From Capsulimonadaceae bacterium (lineage in GTDB: Bacteria > Armatimonadota > Armatimonadia > Armatimonadales > Capsulimonadaceae), in the NCBI GenBank assembly GCA_965215505.1, contig OZ244065.1:256001-320000 (forward strand): 64,000 nucleotides of DNA. The letters are read 5' to 3'. The notes under the pieces were generated by a model. That model searched no databases. It was given only the letters and a program-made list of their open reading frames with translations, and was not told the origin of the DNA. This document shows positions 1 to 8,979 of this stretch, piece by piece (position 1 is the stretch's first letter; the number at the start of each line of letters is the position of its first letter). Made by a program: the position numbers and the translations under genes.

Positions 1-2
1 AT

Positions 3-101
3 TGTGCGAGTTTTGTTGTCATGCAGCAGCGTGGCATCACCCTGGCATTCACCAATGACCACCATTTTGAGCAGGCCGGGCTGGTGCGTTTGCTGAAGTG
101 A
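3..101 (+). CDS. C-terminal fragment of a PIN-domain (VapC-like) toxin, truncated by the window edge
   Basis: Manual translation CASFVVMQQRGITLAFTNDHHFEQAGLVRLLK* resembles the typical VapC C-terminus (DCxSFxxM...AxTxDxHFxQAG). Not in the ORF track. Confidence 0.75.
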   Translation, partial: CASFVVMQQRGITLAFTNDHHFEQAGLVRLLK

Positions 102-188
102 GACAAGAGAGTGAAGAACAACGAGGATGGCCGGGGCCAATCGGCTTCCGGCTTTCTGTCGTTCTGTACAATTCACCTGTAGCACCCG

Positions 189-218
189 TTGACATCGCCC
201 GCACATTTGCGGTATCCT
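189..218 (+). promoter_or_regulatory. Putative sigma70 promoter for the fur-VIT1 operon
   Basis: TTGACA(189-194)-18 bp-TATCCT(213-218). An AT-rich imperfect palindrome GTAAGTAATCGTTTTAC (237-253) follows and could be a Fur/Per box. Confidence 0.5.
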
Positions 219-259
219 TATCGCGAACCATTCTCCGTAAGTAATCGTTTTACAAGACC

Positions 260-724
260 ATGCAACCGACCATAGAAGGGCGCATCGCCGAGATGTGCCG
301 AAAGCTCCAGGACAGCGGGCACCGGATGACGCCGCAACGGCTTTGCATCTTGCAGGCGCTCGTCGGATCCAACAGCCACCCCAGCGCGGAAGAGATCTAT
401 GCCCAGGTGCAGCGCGTCTCGCCGATGACCTCGCTCGCCACGGTCTACAAGACTCTGGAGACGCTGCGGGATATGGGCGAGGCTCTGGAGATGGAGGTCG
501 GGGACGGTCGGCGGCACTACGATGGCGTCAGGCCGCATTCCCATCCCCATGTCATCTGCACCGGTTGTGGGCGGATCGAGGACGTTGACCTTCAAGACCT
601 CAGCAGCCTGCAAGCCGAGGCCGGGCAGGCGTCGGGCTACCGGATCAGCGCCCAGCGGGTCGAGTTCTACGGGCTTTGCCAGACGTGCCAAGAGGTATCG
701 GAACAGAAAGATCAAGTGGATTGA
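260..724 (+). CDS. Fur/PerR family transcriptional regulator
   Basis: RMTPQR, HPSAEEIY, SLATVYKTL, HSHPHVICTGCG and FYGLCQTC motifs (two CxxC zinc sites). Confidence 0.95.
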   Translation: MQPTIEGRIAEMCRKLQDSGHRMTPQRLCILQALVGSNSHPSAEEIYAQVQRVSPMTSLATVYKTLETLRDMGEALEMEVGDGRRHYDGVRPHSHPHVICTGCGRIEDVDLQDLSSLQAEAGQASGYRISAQRVEFYGLCQTCQEVSEQKDQVD

Positions 725-1953
725 GCATCACACAGGACCCCAAGCCGAAGGACGCGGACTCGCGCCGCCTGATCAAAGCCATCGAGGGAAATTGGCAGGC
801 CGAGATGGAGGGCGCGGCCACCTATCAGGCATTGGCGGACCGGGAAGGCGACCCAAAGCGCCGGCACACTTTGGAAGGTCTGGCGAAGGCCGAAACTGCA
901 CACGCCCACCTGTGGGAGCGCCGCCTGACCGAGCTGGGCGCGTCCGCCCCGCACTACACCGGGCCGGCCACGGGCGTCGCGGACAGTCTGCCAAACCGCA
1001 TCGGCGGGACGGACGCCACCCTGCGCCGCATCGAGATGGAGGAGCGCAAGCACGTCGCCTCCTACGGGCGGCAGTTGCAGGAGCTTGGGGACGCGGCGAG
1101 CGTCGCCATCCTGGAACGGGTCATCGCGGACGAGCGGGCGCACTCCAAGGCCCTGAAGCACATGCTGGCCCCGACGCCGTCGGTCGCGCCCCCCGTGGAC
1201 GCCCCCATCGGGCAGCACTTCTCGCGTCCCCTGGATCCGCAGCAGGCTTTGGATGATTTGCGGGCGCGCAAGGGGCACAAGTCGCCCGCCTCGTGGATCG
1301 GGGATGCGATCTACGGCGTCAACGACGGTCTGGGCGCGATCTTCGGCATCGTGTCAGGCGTGTCAGGCGCGACGGCGGGGGACAACAAGACGGTCCTGCT
1401 GGCCGGCATCGCGGGCATGATCGCGAGCGCCCTCTCGATGGGGTCGGGGGCGTACCTCGCCGCCAAGAGCGAGCGGGAGATCTACGAGGCCGAGTTGCAG
1501 CGCAAGCGGGCGGAGCTGGCCGAGAACCCCGAGGACGGCCGCGAGGAGATGTCACTGATCTTCCAGATCAAGGGCGTCCCGCTCGAAGACGCCGAGCGCG
1601 TCGCCGCCCACCTCGCCCGCGACCCGGAGCAGCTTCTGAAGACGCTGGCCGCCGAGCAGCTCAACCTCACGGAAGACGCCCTGAGCAACCCTTACGTCTC
1701 GGCCGGCTCAGGGGCACTTTCCACTGCCGTCGGGGCCTTCATCCCCATCATCCCGTTCCTGTTCCTGCACGGTCTGGCCGCCATCATCGCCGCCGCCGTC
1801 GTGTCCCTTTTGGCCCACTTCGCCGTGGGCGCGGCCAAGACCCTGATCACCGTCCGCTCCTGGTGGAGCAGCGGCCTGGAGATGACGGCCGTGGGCGCGG
1901 TGGAAGGGCTGGTGACTTACTTCATCGGCAAGGGGTTGGGCGGGCTGGCCTAG
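721..1953 (+). CDS. Ferritin-like (rubrerythrin-type) domain fused to a VIT1/CCC1 iron/manganese transporter
   Basis: N-terminal ExxH motifs (EMEGAATY...AETAH; EERKH...DERAH). C-terminal VIT1 motifs DAIYGVNDGL, AGMIASALSMGSGAYL, AFIPIIPF. Probable TTG start at 721 overlaps the fur stop (TTGA). Confidence 0.9.
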   Translation: MSITQDPKPKDADSRRLIKAIEGNWQAEMEGAATYQALADREGDPKRRHTLEGLAKAETAHAHLWERRLTELGASAPHYTGPATGVADSLPNRIGGTDATLRRIEMEERKHVASYGRQLQELGDAASVAILERVIADERAHSKALKHMLAPTPSVAPPVDAPIGQHFSRPLDPQQALDDLRARKGHKSPASWIGDAIYGVNDGLGAIFGIVSGVSGATAGDNKTVLLAGIAGMIASALSMGSGAYLAAKSEREIYEAELQRKRAELAENPEDGREEMSLIFQIKGVPLEDAERVAAHLARDPEQLLKTLAAEQLNLTEDALSNPYVSAGSGALSTAVGAFIPIIPFLFLHGLAAIIAAAVVSLLAHFAVGAAKTLITVRSWWSSGLEMTAVGAVEGLVTYFIGKGLGGLA

Positions 1954-1967
1954 AGGCTGTTGCGAAC

Positions 1968-2167
1968 CATGCCGTTGGGTGCAGTTGCTCCATGGATGGC
2001 ACGGCTATTCAGCCTCCGGCTAACAAGCCCCACTTCTGCACTGGCAGACCCGGAGGGCGCGGGGCTAAGACTTCTCGGACTCCCTTCTGAGTGCCGCGAA
2101 GCGGTACTTCTTAGCGTCTGCGCTGTCTAGCCGTGCCGTTCACGGAGCAACTGCACCCGCCGGCATG
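1968..2167. repeat. 200-bp REPIN/MITE-like element with ~40-bp imperfect terminal inverted repeats
   Basis: CATGCCGTTGGGTGCAGTTGCTCCATGGATGGCACGGCTA (1968-2007) versus the reverse complement of 2128-2167, CATGCCGGCGGGTGCAGTTGCTCCGTGAACGGCACGGCTA. Internal hairpin GTGCCGCGAAGCGGTAC. Confidence 0.75.
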
Positions 2168-2180
2168 GCCTTGTCTGGAT

Positions 2181-2209
2181 TTCTCGCACCCACATTGCTG
2201 TGGTATACT
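2181..2209 (+). promoter_or_regulatory. Putative sigma70 promoter with extended -10
   Basis: TGgTATACT at 2201-2209, weak -35 TTCTCG 17 bp upstream, ~50 bp before the amidase ATG. Confidence 0.5.
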
Positions 2210-2259
2210 GAACCGAGGGAGCATGGCCCGAACGGGCCTGAGCCGAGGGGAGCCACCGC

Positions 2260-3159
2260 ATGGGACGCTATGAACGCCGAGTCTTGCTGGGAGCCGCCGT
2301 GGGGGCCGTCTGCGCCCTCGGCCTACTCCTGCTGCTCGGCTTCCGCACGGCCCGCCCGCCGCGCCTCGTCCGCCCCCCTCAGCCGCCAGGTCCGGTCGGT
2401 CGCACCCCTCCGCCCGGCCCGGCGGGGCCGCTGGCGGGCGTCGTCGTCGTCCTAGACCCCGGCCACGGCGGGCAGGACCCCGGCGCGCTGTGCGGGGAAA
2501 CCTCCGAGGCCGCCCTGACCTACCGCACGGCGACCGAAGTCGCGGCCAGCCTGCGGGACTGCGGCGCCCGCGTCGTCTATACCGTCCGGAGCCGCCAGCT
2601 TGACCCCGCCCTCACGCTCACCGAGCCACCGCTGACACGGCCCGCCGACGCCGTCCTGGCCGCGACGGGCCGGCCGCTCCGGTCCCGAAGCTCGGCCCGC
2701 CCGCTCTGGGAGCGGGCCGAAACGGCGCGCACCGTCTGGGCGCATCGCAGCCGGTGGGACCCGGACGCCCGCCGGAACGTCTTCTTCGTCTCGCTGCACT
2801 ATGACGCCTTCTCGGACGCCGCCGTTTCCGGGAGCGTCGTCTGCGTGGACCGCCGCGTCCGCCGACTGCCCGCCTTGGGGGCGGCACTGGCATCACAGAT
2901 GGCGCGGGGGAGCTTCGGGCGGAACTGCAATTACCGAGGCGTCCGTGGGGTTTCCGGCCACGAGCTTGGGGTGCTGAACCCGGAGCAGAACCCCGTCCCC
3001 GAGAGAGTCCTGCTGGAACTGGCGACGCTCTCCAACCCGCAGGACGCTCTGGAGGCCGCCGACCCCGTGTGGCGCACCGGGATGGCCCACCGGATCACCG
3101 ACGCGATCATCCTCGTCCACCAGGAGAGCCGCGCCCGAAAGGACCTCGCCGGAGTTTGA
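2260..3159 (+). CDS. N-acetylmuramoyl-L-alanine amidase (Amidase_3), membrane-anchored
   Basis: VVLDPGHGGQDPGA, E(AALT), FVSLHYD and VLLELA motifs; N-terminal hydrophobic helix and Pro-rich linker. Confidence 0.9.
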   Translation: MGRYERRVLLGAAVGAVCALGLLLLLGFRTARPPRLVRPPQPPGPVGRTPPPGPAGPLAGVVVVLDPGHGGQDPGALCGETSEAALTYRTATEVAASLRDCGARVVYTVRSRQLDPALTLTEPPLTRPADAVLAATGRPLRSRSSARPLWERAETARTVWAHRSRWDPDARRNVFFVSLHYDAFSDAAVSGSVVCVDRRVRRLPALGAALASQMARGSFGRNCNYRGVRGVSGHELGVLNPEQNPVPERVLLELATLSNPQDALEAADPVWRTGMAHRITDAIILVHQESRARKDLAGV

Positions 3160-6041
3160 AGACGACGCAATACCTCCTCTCCGTCCCGCCCGCGATGACG
3201 CGGGACCCCGCCCTCTGGGGACACCTGGGCACCTCGTGGTTTGTCGCCTCCGACCCGCCGGGCGTCTCCTTCGGGTCGGGCGGCGGCACGGCCCACCTGC
3301 TCGTCGAGGCGTGGAAGGCGACGAGCGAGGGCGAGTCATTTCCCGGCTGGCTGCGCGGCAGCCGCAAAATGATCATCCACGGCGGCGGCCAGTCCCGCCG
3401 CCTCCCCGCCTATGCCCCCGTCGGCAAGCCGTTCCTGCCCCTGCCCGTCATCCGGGGCGCGCTGGGGCAGCGGCTGGACCAGACCCTACTGGACATCCAG
3501 CGGCCCGTCTTTGACGGCGTACTCCGGGGCGCCCCCGACGCCTATGTCGCCGCCGTCGCCAGCGGCGACGTCCTGCTGCGCTTCACGCCGCCCGCCGCGC
3601 CCCTGCCCGTCGCGGACGTTCTGGCCCTGGGGATGCCGGCGACGCCCGAAACCGCCCAGGACTTCGGCGTCTTCTTTTTCCGGCGCGACGCGCCGGACGT
3701 GCTGGCCTTCTTCCTGCAAAAGCCGACGCCCGACCTGATCCGTAAGCTGGCCGAGGATCATCTCTTCCTGGTAGATACGGGCTTCTGGCTGTTCAGCGAG
3801 CGCGCTCTGTCGGTTTTGATGGGGCGGTGCGGCTGGGATGAAGCAACCCAGACTTTCTCCGGCGCGGGGGCGTCCGCCTACGACCTGTACGCCAGCTTCG
3901 GCCCCGCCATGGGTGCCGCCCCCGCCCAGCCCGACGTGGCCCTGGCCGGCCTGTCTGCCGTCGCCCTGCCGCTGGCGGAGTCCGAGTTCTACCACCTCGG
4001 CACCGGACGGCAGATGATCGAGTCCGTCTCGCGCCTGCAAAACCTGCGGGGCGAGCAGAGCGGGTGGGGCGGCCTGCGCCCGCACCCGGACCAGTTCGTC
4101 CTGAATTCCGTGTTCGACCCGCCCATCCGGCAGGCAGCGAACCACACGCTCTGGGTGGAGAACAGCGTCATCCCCGCCTCGTGGCAGCTCGCACGGGAAC
4201 ACGTCTTGACGGGCGTGCCGGACAATGACTGGTCGCTGACCCTGGAGCCGGGCGTCTGCCTGGACTTCGTTCCCGTCGGCGCAACTGACTACTGCGTCCG
4301 CGCGTATGGCCTGGATGACCCCTTTCGGGGGGCCGTCGGCTCGCCTGAAACGCTCTGGCTGGGCCAGCCCGCTCCCGCATGGGCCGGTCGGCGCGGCCTG
4401 TCCTGGGAAGAGGCCGGCATCCCGCCCGGCACCGACCTCTATGACGCCGCCTTGTTCCCTGTCCTTCCGCTTTCCGCCATCTCCGGCGGCTTCCTCCAAT
4501 GGCTGTTCGCCCAGGAGCCGGTTCAGAGCCGCGAACACGCCGTCTTGTGGCGGGGCGGCCCGCGCCTGTCCGCGCGGAACCTGAACGCACAGGCGAACAT
4601 CGGGCGGCTCGCCCGGCAGCGCGACGGGAACCTGCGCCGCGTCCTGCCGCTGATGCACGGCCGGCCCGGACGTAGCGCCTTTTTTGACCTGGATCTGGCC
4701 GCGACCGCCCGCCTGATGGCGCGCGCCGACATCAGCCTGCCGCCGGCCCCTGCCGGGGTCGCCTACACCCCGGCGAGCCGGATGCAGGATGCCATGCTGC
4801 GCGCCCAGCTCGCCCGCACGCGCGGCCTGCCCGAGGCGGCACGACACGAGGGCGAGGCCTTCGGCTGGCTGCGGCAGACCCTCCTCTCGGGCCAGTCGCT
4901 CGCCGTCCGGCCGGGGCGCGATGTCCTGGAAGACCAGATTCTCTGGGGCCGCAGCCCCCTGCGCTTCGACCTCGCCGGCGGATGGACCGACACCCCGCCG
5001 TACTGCATCCAGCACGGCGGCAAGGTCCTGAATCTGGCCGTCAACCTCAACGGTCAGCCGCCCGTGCAGGTCTTCGCCCGGCCCACCGACACGCCCCATC
5101 TGGTCCTGCGCTCCATTGACCTCGGCCTGGAACGCAAGATCGAGACTTACGAGGAGCTGGACACCTTTGACCGCCCGGACAGCGACTTCGCCCTCGCCAA
5201 AGCCGCGCTGGCCCTCGCCGGGTTCCTCCCGCGATTCCACGCCGATGGCGGCGGCCCCACACTGGCCGCGCAGCTCGCGGGGATGGGCGGCGGCATTGAG
5301 CTGTCCCTGCTTGCCGCCGCCCCCAAAGGGTCGGGCCTGGGGACGAGCAGCATGCTGGCGGCCACCCTGCTCGGGGTCCTGAGCGAGTTCTGCGGGCTGG
5401 GCTGGGACACGCAAGGCCTGGTGACGCGGACACTGCTCCTGGAACAACTGGTGACGACCGGCGGGGGCTGGCAGGACCAGGCGGGCGGCCTGTTCCCCGG
5501 CGTCAAGCTGATCCAGACGGCGCCCGGACCCGACCAGGCCGTCTCGGTGCGCTGGGCACCGGACCGCCTGTTCTCGGCGGGCGCGGCGGGCGGGCGGATG
5601 CTGCTGTACTATACGGGCATCACGCGGCTGGCGAAGGTGATCTTGCAGGACATCGTGCGCGGGATGTTCCTCGGCGACGGCCCCGTCATGGCCTGCCTCC
5701 GGGACATCGGGCAGAACGCCGAGGCGACCTATGAGGCGCTCCAGCGGGGCAGTTATGAAGCGGTCTGCGAGCGTGTCCGGATGAGCTGGGCGCTCAACCA
5801 GGCCCTGGATGCGGGCACGAACCCGCCTGAAGTGCAGGCGATCTTGGACGCCGTGGGGGACTGGCTGGCGGCCGCCAAGCTGACCGGGGCGGGGGGCGGC
5901 GGTTACCTGCTGATGCTGGCGAAAGACGAGGCAGCCGCCGGACTTATCCGCGCCCACCTGACCCGGCACCCGCCGAACCCGCGCGCCCGCTTCGTCCAGT
6001 TCGGCCTGTCCGAGACGGGCCTGCAAATCACCCGCAGTTGA
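3156..6041 (+). CDS. fkp: Bifunctional L-fucokinase / fucose-1-phosphate guanylyltransferase
   Basis: SDP...GSGGGT, IHGGGQSRRLPAYAPVGK, FYHLGT; GHMP kinase motifs RFDLAGGWTD, PKGSGLGTSS, TGGGWQDQ, KLTGAGGGG. Probable TTG start at 3156 overlaps the amidase stop. Confidence 0.92.
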   Translation: MKTTQYLLSVPPAMTRDPALWGHLGTSWFVASDPPGVSFGSGGGTAHLLVEAWKATSEGESFPGWLRGSRKMIIHGGGQSRRLPAYAPVGKPFLPLPVIRGALGQRLDQTLLDIQRPVFDGVLRGAPDAYVAAVASGDVLLRFTPPAAPLPVADVLALGMPATPETAQDFGVFFFRRDAPDVLAFFLQKPTPDLIRKLAEDHLFLVDTGFWLFSERALSVLMGRCGWDEATQTFSGAGASAYDLYASFGPAMGAAPAQPDVALAGLSAVALPLAESEFYHLGTGRQMIESVSRLQNLRGEQSGWGGLRPHPDQFVLNSVFDPPIRQAANHTLWVENSVIPASWQLAREHVLTGVPDNDWSLTLEPGVCLDFVPVGATDYCVRAYGLDDPFRGAVGSPETLWLGQPAPAWAGRRGLSWEEAGIPPGTDLYDAALFPVLPLSAISGGFLQWLFAQEPVQSREHAVLWRGGPRLSARNLNAQANIGRLARQRDGNLRRVLPLMHGRPGRSAFFDLDLAATARLMARADISLPPAPAGVAYTPASRMQDAMLRAQLARTRGLPEAARHEGEAFGWLRQTLLSGQSLAVRPGRDVLEDQILWGRSPLRFDLAGGWTDTPPYCIQHGGKVLNLAVNLNGQPPVQVFARPTDTPHLVLRSIDLGLERKIETYEELDTFDRPDSDFALAKAALALAGFLPRFHADGGGPTLAAQLAGMGGGIELSLLAAAPKGSGLGTSSMLAATLLGVLSEFCGLGWDTQGLVTRTLLLEQLVTTGGGWQDQAGGLFPGVKLIQTAPGPDQAVSVRWAPDRLFSAGAAGGRMLLYYTGITRLAKVILQDIVRGMFLGDGPVMACLRDIGQNAEATYEALQRGSYEAVCERVRMSWALNQALDAGTNPPEVQAILDAVGDWLAAAKLTGAGGGGYLLMLAKDEAAAGLIRAHLTRHPPNPRARFVQFGLSETGLQITRS

Positions 6042-6066
6042 GGCCGCCGTTCCAGACCAGGGGCCT

Positions 6067-6801
6067 ATGATCTACGAATGCGAAACCTGTGAGACGGTAC
6101 TCGGCCCCGGCATGACCCTCTGCCCCCGCTGTGGGCGAGTCTTCGACGAGCCGGTCCCCGCAGACGCGCTGTGGGATGAGCCTGCCGCTGATGCCCCGCT
6201 GGGGCCTGCCGCTCCGCCTGCGGAGGCTGTGGGCCTGACTATCCTGGCGGAAGCCGCGCTGACGGAGCCGGAGTTGGTTGCGCCGCCGGAGCCGCCGAGA
6301 TCCGCGCCGCCGGTGTCGCCGGAAGTCATCGTCACCCCCAGACGAAAGACGCGCTCCCGCCGCTGGCCGCTGAGTGCCGTGTCCCTTGCTCTGCTGGGGC
6401 TGGGCTGGCTCGGCTACCGTCAGTGGGTATCGTCACCCGCCCCGGAACCGGCTCCCTACCATACCGTTCCCTTGCCGACCGATCTGGCGGCACACCCCCA
6501 ATATACGGCAAACATGAACGCCCTCGTGCAGAAACTCCGCGCTACGGGAGTGGGGGCGGAGTGGCCCGCCTTCGGCAGCGACGACACGCTCGTCATCACG
6601 CCCCAGGCGCGTGCCGCCGAGCCGCCGGTGGTCTGGGACGCGGACATGAGCCGACGACTGGCGCAGGGCGTCTACGGCGAGTTCGCCCAAACGCGCTTCG
6701 AGTCCGGCTTCCCCGACCGCGACACGACGGCCTGCTTCGTCGTCGTCACCGGCGCGCAGGGGCAGGTCGTGGCCGTGGATTTCATGGGGCGGTTGGAGTG
6801 A
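6067..6801 (+). CDS. Hypothetical membrane protein with N-terminal zinc ribbon
   Basis: CETC...CPRCG, Pro/Ala linker, one TM helix (WPLSAVSLALLGLGWLGY), then a C-terminal domain. Confidence 0.7.
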   Translation: MIYECETCETVLGPGMTLCPRCGRVFDEPVPADALWDEPAADAPLGPAAPPAEAVGLTILAEAALTEPELVAPPEPPRSAPPVSPEVIVTPRRKTRSRRWPLSAVSLALLGLGWLGYRQWVSSPAPEPAPYHTVPLPTDLAAHPQYTANMNALVQKLRATGVGAEWPAFGSDDTLVITPQARAAEPPVVWDADMSRRLAQGVYGEFAQTRFESGFPDRDTTACFVVVTGAQGQVVAVDFMGRLE

Positions 6802-7912
6802 ACCCGCCCGCCGCCGACCGCTGGCAGGCGTCTACGAGACGCTGGGCGGCCAGCCCGTCTTCAAAGCTCGGGCCGCCCCCCTCGCCCCGCGCGACGCTGT
6901 CAATGAAGTCGTACAGGCAGTGGACGTGAAACTGCGGCCAGCCGATGGGGTTCTTGGTCGCGCCGAAGCTATACGGCTTGGGGTAGCGGGCCACGCACTC
7001 GATCTTCTGAAAGCCGCGCATACCGCCCAGGGGCGATTCCGGTGGCGTGTTGTCGTAGACCGACAGCCAGTTCGGTTCCATGAGGTTGAAGGTCAGCGCC
7101 CCCCGGCTGCCGTGGATCTCCAGGCGCAGGTCGTCCTGAGTGCCGGTCGCCAGACGGCTCGCCTCGACGACGCCCACCGCGCCCGAGACCATTCGCGCCT
7201 GCACGATGGCAATGTCGTCTACGTCTACGTTCCCCAGGCCGCCTGTCCTCGGGTCGGGTCGCATGGGCAGGCACGTCTCCAGCCGTGCCGACACGTCGGC
7301 GAATTCGCCCAAGAGGAACCGCACCAGGTCGAAGACGTGCGCGCCCAGGTCCATCACCGCCCCGCCGCCGCTGCGCGCCATTTGCAGCCGCCAGGTCAGA
7401 GGCCGGTTCGGGTCCACATAGCCCGCGTGCAGGTAGGCCGCCCGGAACTGGTAAACCGAGCCGAGAAAACCTTCATCAACCAGTTGTTTGGCGCGCATCA
7501 GGGCGGGCACGAACCGGTAGTTGAAGGTCATCCGATGGACCTTGACGGTCGTCCGGGCGAGTGCGGCCACTTCCTCCGCCTCGGCCACTGTCCGCGTCAA
7601 AGGCTTGTCGCAGTAGACGTGCTTGCCGGCCCTCAGCGCGTCCAGGAGCAAGGCGTGGTGGGCGTCGTTGGGCGTGCAGCAGTGGATGACCTGGATGTCG
7701 TCCCGCGCCAGCAAGTCCTGATAATCCCGCGTCGCGAACTCGAACCCGGCCTGCTCCTGCGCCTTCGCCCCGCTGGCCTCGGTCGCCGTGCAGACGCCGA
7801 CGAGCCGCGTTTTGGCGGGCAGCGGGTCGTAGAAGAGCGGCAGGGTCCGGTGCGCGTAGGCGTGGACCTTGCCGATGAAGCCGTAGCCGACGATACCGAT
7901 GCCAAGTTCCAT
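6782..7912 (-). CDS. Gfo/Idh/MocA family oxidoreductase
   Basis: GIVGYGFIG Rossmann motif, CTPNDAH, AGKHVYCDKPL, GGAVMDLGAH. Confidence 0.93.
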   Translation of the reverse strand: MELGIGIVGYGFIGKVHAYAHRTLPLFYDPLPAKTRLVGVCTATEASGAKAQEQAGFEFATRDYQDLLARDDIQVIHCCTPNDAHHALLLDALRAGKHVYCDKPLTRTVAEAEEVAALARTTVKVHRMTFNYRFVPALMRAKQLVDEGFLGSVYQFRAAYLHAGYVDPNRPLTWRLQMARSGGGAVMDLGAHVFDLVRFLLGEFADVSARLETCLPMRPDPRTGGLGNVDVDDIAIVQARMVSGAVGVVEASRLATGTQDDLRLEIHGSRGALTFNLMEPNWLSVYDNTPPESPLGGMRGFQKIECVARYPKPYSFGATKNPIGWPQFHVHCLYDFIDSVARGEGGGPSFEDGLAAQRLVDACQRSAAGGFTPTAP

Positions 7913-7918
7913 AGCGAG

Positions 7919-8773
7919 TTATAGCCCCGCCTTCTGCCAGATGTCGTCCATCGCCGCGCCGACACTTTGCAGCCGCGCCTCGTCCGAGGGCAGGCCGCTC
8001 AGGTCAACGAACGGCTCCGGGACCACGGGGCCGTCGTAGCCGATGCCCTTTAAGGCTTGCAGGAAGCCCGCGATGTCTATAACGCCGGTCGCGCCGGGCA
8101 GGGCGCGGGTGTTGTCCCGCTGCTCGTCAACCGCGATGCCCGCCGGGGCGTCGTTGACGTGGACGTAGACCACCTGCGCGGGCGTCAGGGCCTCCAGGTC
8201 CTCCATCGTCCCGTGGGAGGTGTACCAGTGCCAGCAGTCCAGCAGCAGCCCGACGTTCGGCCCGATGTCCCGCCCCATCGCCAGCATGTCCGGCAGGGTG
8301 TGGACGAACGGGTACTTCTGCGAGTTCCACAGCGTCTTCGGGCCGATGAACTCCAGGCCGAGCGCCAGTCCGTGGTCGCCTAATATGTGCGCGATGGGCG
8401 TGAACCGCGCGACGTGGAACTGGTAGTTCTCCTCGAAAGCCCGCTCGTCCGAGCAGGGCATGATCCACGTCGAAACGCGCGTCCCGCCGATAGCCGCCGC
8501 CGCCTGGGCGAGCCGGGGCAGCTCGGCCAGCCCCTCACGCCACTTCTCCTCCGAGCCGCGCCATTCCACAGGCAGCCCGCAGCCGGCGGGCTTGATCCCC
8601 GCGTCCATGAAACGCGCCCGCGCGGCTTCCGCCCCATGGCTGTCAATGAGGCCGGCGACCTCCGACGGGCTGAACTCGACGCCGCCGAACCCGCCCGTCT
8701 TCGCGGCGGCCAGCGCTTCGTCGAGATTCCCCGTCCGCACGCCGATCGCGCCGGGGCTAAGTCCTTTGAACAT
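7919..8773 (-). CDS. Sugar phosphate isomerase/epimerase (xylose isomerase-like TIM barrel)
   Basis: GFGGVEF, LGLEFIG, LLDCWHW, YVHVND, GYDGPVVPEPF. AAAGGAG RBS before the ATG at 8773. Confidence 0.9.
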   Translation of the reverse strand: MFKGLSPGAIGVRTGNLDEALAAAKTGGFGGVEFSPSEVAGLIDSHGAEAARARFMDAGIKPAGCGLPVEWRGSEEKWREGLAELPRLAQAAAAIGGTRVSTWIMPCSDERAFEENYQFHVARFTPIAHILGDHGLALGLEFIGPKTLWNSQKYPFVHTLPDMLAMGRDIGPNVGLLLDCWHWYTSHGTMEDLEALTPAQVVYVHVNDAPAGIAVDEQRDNTRALPGATGVIDIAGFLQALKGIGYDGPVVPEPFVDLSGLPSDEARLQSVGAAMDDIWQKAGL

Positions 8774-8796
8774 GGTGTTCTCCTTTAGGCGTGTTG

Positions 8797-8824
8797 ATAC
8801 GCCGTCGGGGTGGGGGATACCTGC
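8797..8824 (-). promoter_or_regulatory. Putative sigmaH-like promoter (copy 1)
   Basis: Minus strand GCAGG-TATCCCCCACCCCGAC(16)-GGCGTAT, ending ~24 nt before the ATG. Confidence 0.55.
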
Positions 8825-8837
8825 ATGAAATACAGGA

Positions 8838-8941
8838 GGGCGGAGGAATGAGGAGGGCGAACACATGGGTTCGCCCCTACGGGCGGGGCCGGAACGTGTA
8901 GGGGCGCACCTGCGTGTGCGCCCTCCTCATTCCCTCCGCCC
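8838..8941. repeat. Inverted GTAG-type REP doublet (REPIN)
   Basis: GGGCGAACACATGGGTTCGCCCCTAC (8855-8880) and GTAGGGGCGCACCTGCGTGTGCGCCC (8898-8923), with flanks that extend the inverted repeat. Confidence 0.85.
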
Positions 8942-8979
8942 TATTCCTCTGTCCTATTCGTCCGCCCTGTCTCTCCGCC

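Noticed and set aside
6782..6801. 20-bp overlap of convergent genes
   Set aside because: Common in compact GC-rich genomes; no further signal.
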